Shown here: piece after piece, positions 25,101 through 40,427 of the stretch | How positions within the stretch are numbered: position 1 is the first letter of the stretch | How the letters are laid out: every line of letters starts with the position of its first letter | Assembly: GCA_963693365.1 (NCBI GenBank) | Contig: CAVNZM010000002.1 | Coordinates: forward strand, 4,108,259 to 4,172,258 | Direction: 5' to 3' | Length of the DNA: 64,000 nt | Source of the DNA: Amoebidium appalachense | Lineage: Eukaryota; Protista; Ichthyosporea | Notes under the pieces: generated by a model | Told to the model about the DNA's origin: nothing | The model's database searches: none | Seen by the model: only the letters and a program-made list of their open reading frames with translations | Position numbers and translations under genes: made by a program

Positions 25101-27700
25101 CAAGGATACCCGTGCTTTTTGCCTCTCCCAGGGCATCAAGGCCAGCTATGCTCCGGTGGACTGCCCTCAACTGAACGGCTATGTTGAACGACGTATGCGG
25201 TTCCTCCAAGAGATTGTCTGTTGCCTCCTCCATCAAGTCCAAGATCAGTCTCTGTCTCCCAAACTGTGGGCTGAGGCCCTCCAACATGCCGCCTACATCA
25301 TCAACGTCACCCCGTCCACGACTGCCAATGGTCGTACACCATTCGAGGTTTTCTACGGTGTCAAGCCCGACATCTCCGAGCTCAAAGTGTTCGGTTGCCC
25401 TGCCTACACTCACGTGCCAGCCTCTAAACGGAACAAGCTGGCCCCCACCGTCAAACTCGGCATGTATATCGGCTATGATCTTCAATCACACTGCCACCGG
25501 ATCTTCAATGCCACCACCCATCGTGTCGGCCTCTTCCGTGATGTGATTTTCGACGAATCAGCTTATCTCCCGTCCGACATTCCATCAACCCTTCCGACCC
25601 CCGACACCACTGCTACCTCGACCACCCCACCCCCCACAGTTGACACTGAAGATGATGTTTGTCTGGTGTACTCTGGCCCCCCTCCTGCCATCGTCGTTCC
25701 CCCGACACCCCCCCCCCCACCGGCCCCCCTGCCCCCGTGCCCGTCCAGCCTGCCGACCCTCATCCTGCCCCTGGCAACGTCACACCCATCCGACCCGGCT
25801 CCCCCGACAACTTCCACTCGGCCCCATCCAGCCCGGAGGTTGCCCCCCCTGCACTTCCGAACTTCCAAGTTCCCCCCCCACCGTCTCCACCTACCCCGGT
25901 TCCTGCACCCCGTCGTTCTGCCCGTCTCCAGGGCAAGGTTGGACTTCAAGCCACCACCACCCTGCCAGTCCCCCCCGGTCCCCCCATCAACATCGACCAA
26001 CTACCCAAACTTGTCCGTCAACTCTGTTCCGGACCCAATGGTGATCAGGTCAAGTCAGCCCTGACTGCTGAGTATCAAGCCTTCGTCGACAAAGACATCT
26101 TTGAACTTGTTGACCCTCCCCCTGGTGCTAACATCGTCGGCTTCAAGTGGATTGTCTCCGAGAAAACTCTCAACTCGGCTGGTGACACCAAGATCAAGGC
26201 ACGTGGTGTTGCTCAAGGCTTCAGTCAGCAATACGGTGTTGACTATGAGTTGATTGAGAGCCCTGTCATCCGTCCGGCTGCTCTCCGTGCCATCCTAGCT
26301 CTGGCCGTTGTTGAAGGTCATGACATACATCAACTCGACGTGTCTACGGCCTTTCTCAACAGCCCACTCACCGAGACCATCTACATGAAACAACCCCCGG
26401 GATTCATCACCATGGCCACACTTGGCAAGGTCTGGAGACTCAAGAAAGCCCTGTACGGCCTCAAGCAAGCCTCCAAGGCTTGGTACGACTTCCTCGACGG
26501 CATTCTTCTTGCCCATGGCCTGACCCGTACTAAGACCGACCCGTGCATCTACCTCCGGTTCTTCCCCAACAACGATGTGGTCCGGGCTGGTAACTACGTC
26601 GATGACTCCACCATCACCAACACCCGGGGTTCTACTGCTGCCAGTGACCTGGCTGCCCACATCAGCAAGATGGCCAGCTGTCGTATGAGTCCATTTGACC
26701 GTATGCTCGGTGTTGATTTTAATCACTCTGATCCCCATCACCTCCACATGCACCAGAGGTCTTACATCATGGATATCATCCACGACTTCAACCTCACCGA
26801 TGCCAAGTCCAAGTCTACCCCCATCCCTGCAGGCACCACCGTCTCCCTGGCTGATTGCCCCCCCCAACCGTTCACCGTGCCCTACCGTGAGTTACTCGGC
26901 CGTCTCCTCTGGGTGGCACGGTGCACACGTCCCGACATTGCCTATGCCATCGGCTTCCTTGGTCGGTTCAGCACCAACCCCGGCAAGACTCACTGGGACC
27001 TTCTCCGTCGTGTGGCCCGGTACCTGCTCGGCACCATTGACCTTGGCATTGACTACAAGTACTCGGCCACCCAGTCCCCCATACTCGAATGCTACACGGA
27101 TGCTGACTTTGCTGGTTGTGCCGACAGCAAGAAGTCTACCACCGGCTACATTATCGTGTTTGCTGGTATGCCCGTCATCTGGTACTCCAAGCTCCAGCCC
27201 ATCACGGCCACCAGCACCACTGAAGCTGAGCTGATTGCTCTCAATGCTGGCACCCAAGAAGTTGCTTGGGTCCGTGACCTCTTCAAGGAACTCGGCTGTC
27301 CCATGCTTGCTCCGACTCCGGTGTACTGTGACAACCAGTCGACCATTGCCATCGTCAACTCCACCGGCATCAAGCACCGTACCAAACACATTGCCGTCCG
27401 GTATCACAACACCAAGGACTACATTGCCAGTGGGGACGTGGTTGTCCACTACGTTGAGTCAGCCCACAACTTAGCTGACATACTCACCAAACCCCTCCCC
27501 GGCCCGAGTCATGTCCACCATCGTGCTCGACTTTGTTTACCGGATATTGTGGATTGACCCGACCTACTTCAAGAGTGATTTTCTCATGTGTACTACTTAC
27601 TTTATCAACATCATTATATCATATGTATTGCCTTTGTGGGTATGCCCACTTAGGGTTTATATATAAGGTTTGACCCGTACCATCACTCTACTCTATCTTT
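22151..27700 (+). mobile_element. Ty1/copia element nested in chromovirus pol; 3' LTR missing (right boundary approximate)
   Basis: Putative 5' LTR TGTTA(22151)...TAACA(23086) is followed directly by PBS GGTTATGCAGCCC and a complete gag-pol. No second LTR or TSD was seen. Confidence 0.85.
23149..27557 (+). CDS. Copia gag-pol polyprotein (frame change at C-runs ~25680-25730)
   Basis: RS-rich tract, CSYCHEPDHTIIDC, WDSGC protease, WHHRLGH/CHGC, D-D-E (WD, FDSGSEF, NGYVER), YVDD and YTDADFAG. Confidence 0.92.
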
Positions 27701-27763
27701 CACTGGTTTAAAACCCAGTTAATCAAACACCGCCTATACACGTTATATATATTCGTTGTTTTT

Positions 27764-29047
27764 GTGGAGCATAGTTCGAGTCCGTGGAGAAGTCCGGTGC
27801 TATTGGTTAAGAAGCCCGACGGGTCTTGGCGTCTAGTGAACGATTACAGGGCTCTGAATCGGATCACTAAGGCAGACCAATGGCCTCTCCCTAACATAGA
27901 CGAGCAGCTTTCACAGCTGCACGGCTATACTCACTTTGCTAAACTTGATTTAAAAGCAGCTTTTTGGCAGATAAGGTTGGAGGAGAGCAGCAAGGAGAAG
28001 ACTGCCTTTGCACTGGGTGACCAGCTGTTCCAGTACAAGGTGGTGCCGATGGGTTTGCTCTCCTCTCCAGCTATGTTGTGCCGGGTAATGTATAAAATTC
28101 TCCACCCTCATTTGGATGTATGCCACCCTTATTTGGATGATGTTTTAATTAAAGGTAGGTCATTTGAGGAGTTAGTTAATAATTGTGAAAAAGTATTTTT
28201 CGCTTTGGGTGAGTCTGGTCTTCGTATTAGCGGTAGCAAGACTGTGATTGGTGTCACAGTGCCGGAGGTTAAGTTTTTAGGTCATATTGTGTCTAGTAAT
28301 GGTCTTGCCCCTGATCCGGAGAAAATCCGGGCCATAGTTGAGTGGCCCCGTCCTCAGACTGTCACTCAACTAAGGCAATTTTTAGGTTTAACTAATTATC
28401 TTCGTCGTTATATTAAGGATTATAGTATGCTTGCTTTGCCGTTAACTAGTCAGACGGGGGGGGAGAAGAAGAATAGAATTGATTGGAATGCTGATGCTGT
28501 TTCTGCTTTCGAAAAGCTTAAGTTAGCTTTGCAGTCTTCGAGTAGGCTTGTTCATCCTGATTTTTCGGCCGGGGGGGGGATGTTTAAAGTTCGGTGTGAT
28601 GCAAGTAAGGTTGCTGAGGGGGCCGTGTTATATCAAGTGCAGGAGGGGCAGGATAGAGTGATTGCTTATGCTAGTCGTTCATTTAGTAAAAGTGAACGTA
28701 GATATAGCAATCCGGAGAGAGAGTCCCATGCTATCTTTTGGGCAGTCTCACAGGCATGGAGGTATATACTCGCAGGCAGGACGTTTGAGGTCTACACCGA
28801 CCACAAGCCCTGCCTAGCCATGGCCGGCACCACTCGTCTGGTCAACGAGAGGATGCAGAAGTGGGCCGCGGCTCTCGGTGAGTTCTCCTATAAATTGTTT
28901 TATGCCAAGGGTGAAACAATGGTTGACTGTGATGCTCTCTCTCGTGCTGCTTATATTTTGTTTGAAGAAGAGAAGGAGGGGGAGGGGGGGCTAGTGAGAG
29001 ACGGGGGGGGAGGGGGGAAGGGGGGGAGAGTGAGCAGAAAGGAATAG
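27764..29047 (+). CDS. Chromovirus reverse transcriptase and RNase H
   Basis: SPWRSPVLLVKKPDGSWRLVNDYR, LDLKAAFWQI, YLDD, CDAS and YTDHKP. Confidence 0.95.
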   Translation: MEHSSSPWRSPVLLVKKPDGSWRLVNDYRALNRITKADQWPLPNIDEQLSQLHGYTHFAKLDLKAAFWQIRLEESSKEKTAFALGDQLFQYKVVPMGLLSSPAMLCRVMYKILHPHLDVCHPYLDDVLIKGRSFEELVNNCEKVFFALGESGLRISGSKTVIGVTVPEVKFLGHIVSSNGLAPDPEKIRAIVEWPRPQTVTQLRQFLGLTNYLRRYIKDYSMLALPLTSQTGGEKKNRIDWNADAVSAFEKLKLALQSSSRLVHPDFSAGGGMFKVRCDASKVAEGAVLYQVQEGQDRVIAYASRSFSKSERRYSNPERESHAIFWAVSQAWRYILAGRTFEVYTDHKPCLAMAGTTRLVNERMQKWAAALGEFSYKLFYAKGETMVDCDALSRAAYILFEEEKEGEGGLVRDGGGGGKGGRVSRKE

Positions 29048-29052
29048 ATGCT

Positions 29053-30984
29053 GTGTCTGTGGATGTGTCTTCTTGGGTTCCGGGGTTGCTTGCTTATAAG
29101 TGTAGGAGAGGGGGGGGGAGGTATTTGTCAGTGTCTGAGGTCGGGACCGAGTCTCATGGCTCGGCCCCTGCCTTAGCACCTACGGCTTTGATCTTAGCTC
29201 AGGAGGATGATGTGTTGATTGGTCTGGTTAAGAATTATTTAAAGGGGCCGGTTGATTCGATTAAATTTAAAAATAAAAGGCAGATGATTAAGGTAGCTAA
29301 GTTAGCAAAAATGTGTCAGGTAGAGCAGGATTTAGTTTATCATTGTTCTGGGCCAGACGGACACCGAGTTTGGGTCCCGACGGCACTTGTGCCTGAGGTT
29401 TTGCATATGGTGCATGAGCATCCCATGGCTGGTCATTTAGGTGTAAATAGGACGTTGCTTCGTGTTAATCGTTCGTATTTTTGGCCGGGTATGAGTAGGG
29501 AGGTGAGGGATTATGTGTTGTCATGCATGCATTGTCAGGAAAGGAATGAGAGTCCCCACTCTCGTTCCCGCCCGTCGTTTATTAGGGATTTTAATGTTCG
29601 TATGTTTGAAAGGGTAGCAGTGGATGTGGTCGGTCCTTTTAATTCTACGGTTGAGGGTAACACTGTTCTTGTTATCGTCACCGATGTGGCCACTCGTTGG
29701 GTTGAAGTTTTTCCTCTCCCCACTGCTAATGCCGTTTTGTTTGCTCGTATTTTTGTGGATGAAATTTGTCTTAGGTTTGGTTGTCCTCGTGTTTTGTTAA
29801 CGGATAGGAGTCGTGTGTTTTTAAATCAGTTGGTGTCGGAGGTGTGTAAAATTTTAAGGGTAGCTCATATCACTACGTCTGCATATCACCCTCAAGCAAA
29901 TGCCATCTCTGAACGTGTGCATGCAGTGTTTCAGAAGTCCTTTGGCAAAATGGTGGATGTGGAGGCTAATGATTGGAATCATATGTCTAGGTTTATTGCT
30001 CATTCATATAATTCTACCCCTCATGCTGTGACTGGTTTTTCTCCGTTTTATTTGGTCTATGGGCAGGAGGCTATTAGTTTGTTAGATACGGCACTTTTGC
30101 CGATGGGGGGGGCTGACCGACTAACTTATCCCCACTGGACTGAGTTCCGGGAGCAGCTACTAACCCGGGCCCGGGCTGCACGTGATGCAGCTCTGGCCCG
30201 TACACAGCAGGCACAGACACGTGCAGACGTGTCCACACGTCCGTTACGTGAATTTGCCGAGGGTACTTTAGTTTTAATTAGGGATCATACTAGGAAAAAG
30301 AGATATAAGCAGGAGCAGGAAGGTAAGGGTGAAGGTGAAGGTCTTCGTAAGTATGGTAAGAAATGGTTGCCTCTTTTCATTGGCCCGTATAAAATAGTGG
30401 CTAGGTTAGGTCCGACGGAATATAAGGTGCAGAGGTTAGATAATGAGAGTGATGTTAGATTTTATAATGTAGGTGATATAAAGGAATATTATGATAGGGC
30501 CCTTAGGGTTAAACGGCCGGAGGGCCGTCGAGTGTTAGATGCATTCACCCCCGACTATGACGGGTCGGTGGATGTATCGGAGGCTGCAGTAGATAAAATT
30601 ATGGATAAAAAGGTTATCGAAGGTAAGGAAGGTAAGGTAAATTATTATTTAATTCGTTTTGAGGGAGGTTATCAGGAAGATCAGTGGTTGCCTGAGTTTC
30701 ATTTGGATTGCCCGTTTTCTATTCGTGCTTATGAGGCTAGATTAGTGCAGAGGGAGTTGCCTAGTGCTCCCTCTAGGCCAAAGAGAGTTATTCCTCAGTT
30801 TAATCGTGGTGTGAAAAGGTCGGTGGGGGAGGGGACCGGGGGGGGAGTGATGCAAATACACGTAGACACACGGGGGGAGGGGGAGGGGGGGGAGGAGACC
30901 GAGGAGGAGTGTGAACGTAGTCGTAGGAATTTAATTTATTATCATAGGTGTCTCCGTAGGTATCAAGCTTATGGTGTAGATTAA
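29053..30984 (+). CDS. Chromovirus integrase with GPY/F motif and C-terminal chromodomain
   Basis: H..H..CMHC zinc finger, VAVD/LTD/ISER catalytic core, FIGPYKI, and the chromodomain VDKIMDKK..YYLIRFEG..DQWLPE.HL.CP. Frame break from RT at the G-runs. Confidence 0.93.
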   Translation: MSVDVSSWVPGLLAYKCRRGGGRYLSVSEVGTESHGSAPALAPTALILAQEDDVLIGLVKNYLKGPVDSIKFKNKRQMIKVAKLAKMCQVEQDLVYHCSGPDGHRVWVPTALVPEVLHMVHEHPMAGHLGVNRTLLRVNRSYFWPGMSREVRDYVLSCMHCQERNESPHSRSRPSFIRDFNVRMFERVAVDVVGPFNSTVEGNTVLVIVTDVATRWVEVFPLPTANAVLFARIFVDEICLRFGCPRVLLTDRSRVFLNQLVSEVCKILRVAHITTSAYHPQANAISERVHAVFQKSFGKMVDVEANDWNHMSRFIAHSYNSTPHAVTGFSPFYLVYGQEAISLLDTALLPMGGADRLTYPHWTEFREQLLTRARAARDAALARTQQAQTRADVSTRPLREFAEGTLVLIRDHTRKKRYKQEQEGKGEGEGLRKYGKKWLPLFIGPYKIVARLGPTEYKVQRLDNESDVRFYNVGDIKEYYDRALRVKRPEGRRVLDAFTPDYDGSVDVSEAAVDKIMDKKVIEGKEGKVNYYLIRFEGGYQEDQWLPEFHLDCPFSIRAYEARLVQRELPSAPSRPKRVIPQFNRGVKRSVGEGTGGGVMQIHVDTRGEGEGGEETEEECERSRRNLIYYHRCLRRYQAYGVD

Positions 30985-31167
30985 TTTATTATTTTTCTTC
31001 GTCATTCATTTAATTTAATTTTTTTAGGAGACTGATTAGTCTATGTCTTTTTAGGGGGTGTTAGATGTAATGTGACTGAGGTGGGACTCAGCTTTTCCGG
31101 GGGCCGGGGGGGGAGTTGACATATACTAATCCGTCTCAGCAGATTAGCCTAAGTCTACGATCGAGAT

Positions 31168-31201
<34 letters not shown>

Positions 31202-33083
31202 GGCCCGGGTCCACAGATCATCAAGATCAAGTCCGGGGCCTCAAGATAGCTGAACAGCTGCGTGCATCTTGCCTCTGCCGGCGCAGGGCATTGGACCACG
31301 TCAGCCGGGACAGCCGTCCAATAGAATTCTAATTAGTGTGTAGGATAGATCGTAGGAGGACTTAGGAATGTGATTGTTCGGGCAGAAGCCCTTTTGTAAG
31401 GATTGGCAAGGTTTGATAGTATATGTTGCCAAACGTATTTATATATGTAGATGTAGAGGAAAGGGGGGGAGGGAGGGGGGGGGAGGATAGTATGAAATGT
31501 AGATTTAGACTCTGCGGTGCCACTAGGGGGAGGGTGAGGGGTGAGACTTGGATAAATATATTAGTTGAGTAGATCGACTTAGCTCGTGCAGGCGCACGAT
31601 AAAAGTAGATCGGAATGTTAATGGAATGTGGCATCGTAGGGGGCCAGGTGATGATGATCTTGTAGGGCACGGCCTTGATGGCCTCAGTCGTAACTTAGAC
31701 TTAATCCGTACGGATCTAAGTTTGCCCGTCGGAGCCTGGTCTTAATAAACTTTACCGTTTTTCTATACACGTTCGTTCCTTTTCGTGTGTGTACACTTAG
31801 TAGAGTGCCGCGTCTCTAGTACACATATATTAGGATACGACAGCTGGCCATCCAGCTTGCCGATGCATGTGCCACTGCGGGCTGGTCGTTTGTGCTGACC
31901 CTCCTCATCTCTCTGCTGGTCAAGTACACGGTGGGCCTGGGCGCACACATGGGGGCCAGCGAGGTCACCATGCCCCACACGGAGCAGAGTCTGATTGGCG
32001 CTACCGTCGTGCCCGTGGCCGTGGTTGCCGGCCATGGGAGCGATGACCTGAGCGATGGTGTGGCAAAGAAGCAGAGCGCATGACATGTGGTGGGGTGTGG
32101 AAAGAGGCCCGGGCGGGTGGATTGAGTGAATTGCAGCAGTGATTCACATGGTCCTTTTTTTTTATTCCTTTGGTTGAAATTCGCCGGCAGGACCGGCATT
32201 ACTGTTTTCGTCCTAAGAAAGGGAAGCCAACCATTTCGGCACGGGGCCCCTCTGTTCGAGTTATTCTGATTTAATGTTTTTAGCGACACACACTTGCAAC
32301 CTGTGAACTTCTTAAAACTTCCCAAGTGTGCCTGTGGACTCGCATGTATATACATGCTTTCGAATTTTCAATGCACATGTGGACTCGCATGTATATACAT
32401 GTTTTCGAATTTTAATGCACATGTCGGACATGCATATGAATGAAAAGACACTTTGATAATGTAAAATACATAGCCTCCGGTATGCCGTGCATACTGCCGA
32501 TCGGATGATTAAATTTCCGTTACGAAATATTTCAAGAAATAAGGAATAGATGGGACACGTACGGGACACGTACACACCTGATGCTACTACACATTCAATT
32601 TCCCACCCATGCTTTTCTAAAGCAACATGGGTGATTGGTCGTCCAATGCATGATCCACTTACCGAGGTTGTTTGTATTGGCTAAAGGACATTTGGCACCC
32701 AGACCTATATGTCATTTCGATAGGTTATACATAATGACCCCCCCGGGTATTGTTGTTAAGTACATGGTGGTGTGGTGATTTTTTTTTGTGTGTGTGTGTG
32801 GGGTGGGGGGGGGGGGGGGGGGGGGGGGAGGACGAGATACCGGTGGGTGAGACTGAGTGGTAGTGGAGTGGGGTAGGGCGGGGAAAGTGGTTAGCTATAG
32901 GCTCTGTGTTCGAAGAATGTACATGTACGATTCAGTTACACTTTTTGCAGTGACATGTGCACGTGCGCCTACTGTTGTTTTACGTGTTTGTGTGTGTATG
33001 CCTGTCTGTGCTTGTGTATACGTACTTGAGATCTAACCACGATCAGTGTGTGCGTGCGTGCGTGTACGCGCGCGTGCGTGTCT

Positions 33084-33529
<446 letters not shown>

Positions 33530-33652
33530 AATATCTGTCGGAAGATTAGCTATTGTCGCGGCGTGTGCGAGTCAACGGTTCCTCGGTCAGTCAGTGTCTT
33601 CCTGCTCCTTCTCCCCCCTGGATCTAGATCCCCCCCCCCCCCCCCCCCAGTT

Positions 33653-33702
<50 letters not shown>

Positions 33703-33969
33703 TTTTGCGGTGCACCGTGATGATGGGGCTTCGCCCGTCATGGCTGATAGTCGTAGCATCTGACATTACTATCTCGTACATAATTAAATTCTACATGTTC
33801 TTATGTTTCCAGTCACAAGTTAGTTGACCAACAATCGGCTGTGTTCGAACTTCCAACTTCCCAGCAGGCCGCGCTCAGTGGCTCAGCTGGGCCTGTGCAC
33901 GTGAAAAAACAAAGCGTTCCGATTGAACCAATTGTTTTGATTGGCTATTCAAAATATGGAGGCCCTCGT

Positions 33970-34031
33970 GAGATGATTGGTTGAACAACTTCTTAGATTT
34001 CTAATATGTCGTCACTTTTTATCATCGCGCG
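33970..34031 (+). promoter_or_regulatory. Conserved Amt upstream box, copy 2
   Basis: Same motif string as the other two boxes, ~520 bp upstream of the ATG. Confidence 0.7.
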
Positions 34032-34492
34032 TGTTCGAACTTCCCTTCCCGTTTGATATTACACGCTTCAGTGCTCAGGAAGCACATAAGCATCAAAATT
34101 AATAAAGAACATTATCGGGTTTTTTTCCTTCTCTTTAAATCTTTTTTACATCAACGCCAAACACTATATTAGTGAGAGATCATCGGTAACCTCTGTATAC
34201 ACGTCACAAATGTGCTAGGCGCAAATGTGATTGGCTCGTTCCGATATTTCCTGCCGACCGCACAGATATAAAAACATGCATCGCTCGTCGGAACTCGATC
34301 ATTTCAGTGCAGCACACACACAACCGTTTACTTCCCCCGTGCACAGCTTTGGTTTGATGCCATATACAAAACCCCCACCAGACACAAAAACAGTTCCCCT
34401 CCACTCGCGTGCGAAATTTTCCTTAAACTTGAATGCCTAGCTTTCACCCAGGCAACACACGCGTCCTTTTTGCACCTCAAGCGGCTTCAAAA

Positions 34493-37634
<3,142 letters not shown>

Positions 37635-38531
37635 GATGGTGTAATGTGTGGAAAGACGCCCAGGAGGGTAGACCGGAGTGAATTGCAGCAGTGATGTTGA
37701 TTTCTACTTTATTTCTTCGTTATTTAAATGCGCCGGCAGGACTGGCATGTACTGTTTTCGTTCTAACAACTTCACCGAAGCTTCCGAAGTGTGCCTACGA
37801 ACTCGCATGTACATACATGTTTTCGAATTGAATGATGAAAGGACACTTTAATAATGTAAAATACCTAGGCTACGGTGTGCCGTGCATACTGCCGATCGGT
37901 TGTATAAATTTCCATTTCGAAATCATTCAATAAGATTGGAATCATTGATGGGACACGTACACAGTCTCGTGCAGGCAAACCTGATGCCACATACATACTC
38001 AATGCCCACGGGGCCCCCATACTTTTCTAAATATCATGTAAGTTTGACCGTCGTCCATTCACTTACCGACGCTGCTTTGTCTTACCAAGGAACAATTTGG
38101 CACCTTTAATGATTCCTCCACCGGGACTTTTTTTACTCGCATATGTTTGATGGTCACCGTGGTGCGGGGGATGGGTGGGTGGGTGGTGGGAAAGGGGGGG
38201 GGGGGGGGGGGGGGAGGGGAGAGGGGGAGGACGAGGAGGAGGGTGGGTGGAACGGGTCAGGGTGCTAAGGGAGGTGATCGATCATGAGAGAGATTGACCT
38301 AATTAGGCTCGCGCTAAAGACTGTGTTTGAGGGTGTACCGTTGCCAATGGCATCTGCCAAGTTAAAAACGTGCATGTTGGATGCAATTACAAGTGACGGT
38401 CATCGGGATGCCATGGATTTCGCAGTGTACGTCTGTGTCTATACATCGTTTGGTGCACGTGTGTAGGCGTGTGTGTGCGGGCCCGTCTGTGTTTGTGTAC
38501 TTGTGTCATGATCCCGATTTGCGTGCGTACA

Positions 38532-39227
<696 letters not shown>

Positions 39228-39398
39228 GCATATCCCCTCCCCCTCCCCCTTTTTTTATAACTTGATAGTAAAAAGAAAAACCAGCCGGATCAAGCCCCTG
39301 CCCAATTCCCATCCCCCCCCCCCCCCCCCCTGCTAACCCCCCCCCCCCCCCCCCGTTCACCCCGCTGCCCTTCCCTTCCCCTTCCCTCCAGCCCCCCT

Positions 39399-39429
<31 letters not shown>

Positions 39430-39897
39430 CCTCCCCTCCCTCCCCTCCCTCCCTCCCTCGCCCACCACCACCACCATCACCACCCTCGAGCTTCAATTGC
39501 AACGGTTGACACCAAGCCTCTAAAATCTACCCTGGTTGGCTGTTAATCATGCCACTTGATCGCCGAAACGAAACTCGAGTTTTTCGAAAGACCTGATCTA
39601 CTTTTACCTACATCCAATTTACGACTCCGACTTGCAAGCTGCAAGCTGTTTTCAAAGCGAAAAGCGGCTTAGATTTGCTTGTTTTTATAGATTTTACTTT
39701 ACAAAATAGCTTCTTCAATGCATGCATGTGACCATGTTGTGTGCTGATACCGGTGCCTGGTTGATAAGGACGAACCAGCTATCGGATTTCTATTGGTGCC
39801 TTTAGATTTTGCGCTGACCAATCGGGAGCAAGTTGCTTTTTTCGATAAGCGATAAAATTGCGAATTGTTGATTGGTGAATTGTCCTGGGCTTTCGTA

Positions 39898-39957
39898 AGA
39901 TGATTGGACGAGCGAATTCCAAGATTTCGAATATGGCGTCACTTTTTATCATCGCGC
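39898..39957 (+). promoter_or_regulatory. Conserved Amt upstream box, copy 3
   Basis: Same motif string, with extra GATAAG/GATAAA sites at ~39763 and 39844-39856 and a TATAAAAA-like site at ~40240. Confidence 0.7.
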
Positions 39958-40427
39958 GTTCAGATTCTAGATCTTCACCTAATCCCCTTAGGCCAGTTTC
40001 GGATCATGCTTCAACACACAGGGAAAAAAAAATACATTATAAAGAAATAAGAGCATTATCTGCTTTTTAGTTTTTTTTCCTCTCAATTCCTTTTTCTATT
40101 CACGCCAGTAACGCCAAACTCTAATGACCATTAGTAAGGTCAATGTTTGCATTCGACATCGGTCATGATCAGATGTGATTGGTTTGTTCATGATATGCGT
40201 TGGGATTCCATTTCACGTGCTTTGCTGCCGCCCCACAGATATAAAAACTTGCATGAGTTTCCATCTCTACCAGTTCCGTCCACACAACACTTTTGCTCGG
40301 CGAGGTTTTCGATTTCATCCCGAAGAGTTCCCTCTTCCATTCGCTTAAGCACATCACGCCTATATTTGAACGCTTCTTTTAGCCAAGCAACACACGCGTC
40401 GTTGTTGTACCTTAAGCAACTTCGAAA

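Larger units (their letters stand above)
16807..31842 (+). mobile_element. Ty3/gypsy chromovirus-like LTR retrotransposon inserted in amt copy 1 exon 4
   Basis: TG..CA LTRs at 16807-17526 and 31117-31842, with one visible SNP and a G-run length difference. TSD GCTGG at 16802-06 and 31843-47. G-rich PPT at ~31100-31115. Confidence 0.95.
14630..32083 (+). pseudogene. amt: Ammonium transporter copy 1, disrupted (exons 14630-15349, 15591-15798, 16049-16164, 16768-16806 + 31848-32083)
   Basis: DFAGGSVVH, WFGFNGGS and DDAL.VF..HG motifs. Relative to copy 3 it has a +2 nt frameshift at 15771-72 and an L-to-R change in a transmembrane helix, and a gypsy element is inserted in exon 4. Confidence 0.92.
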
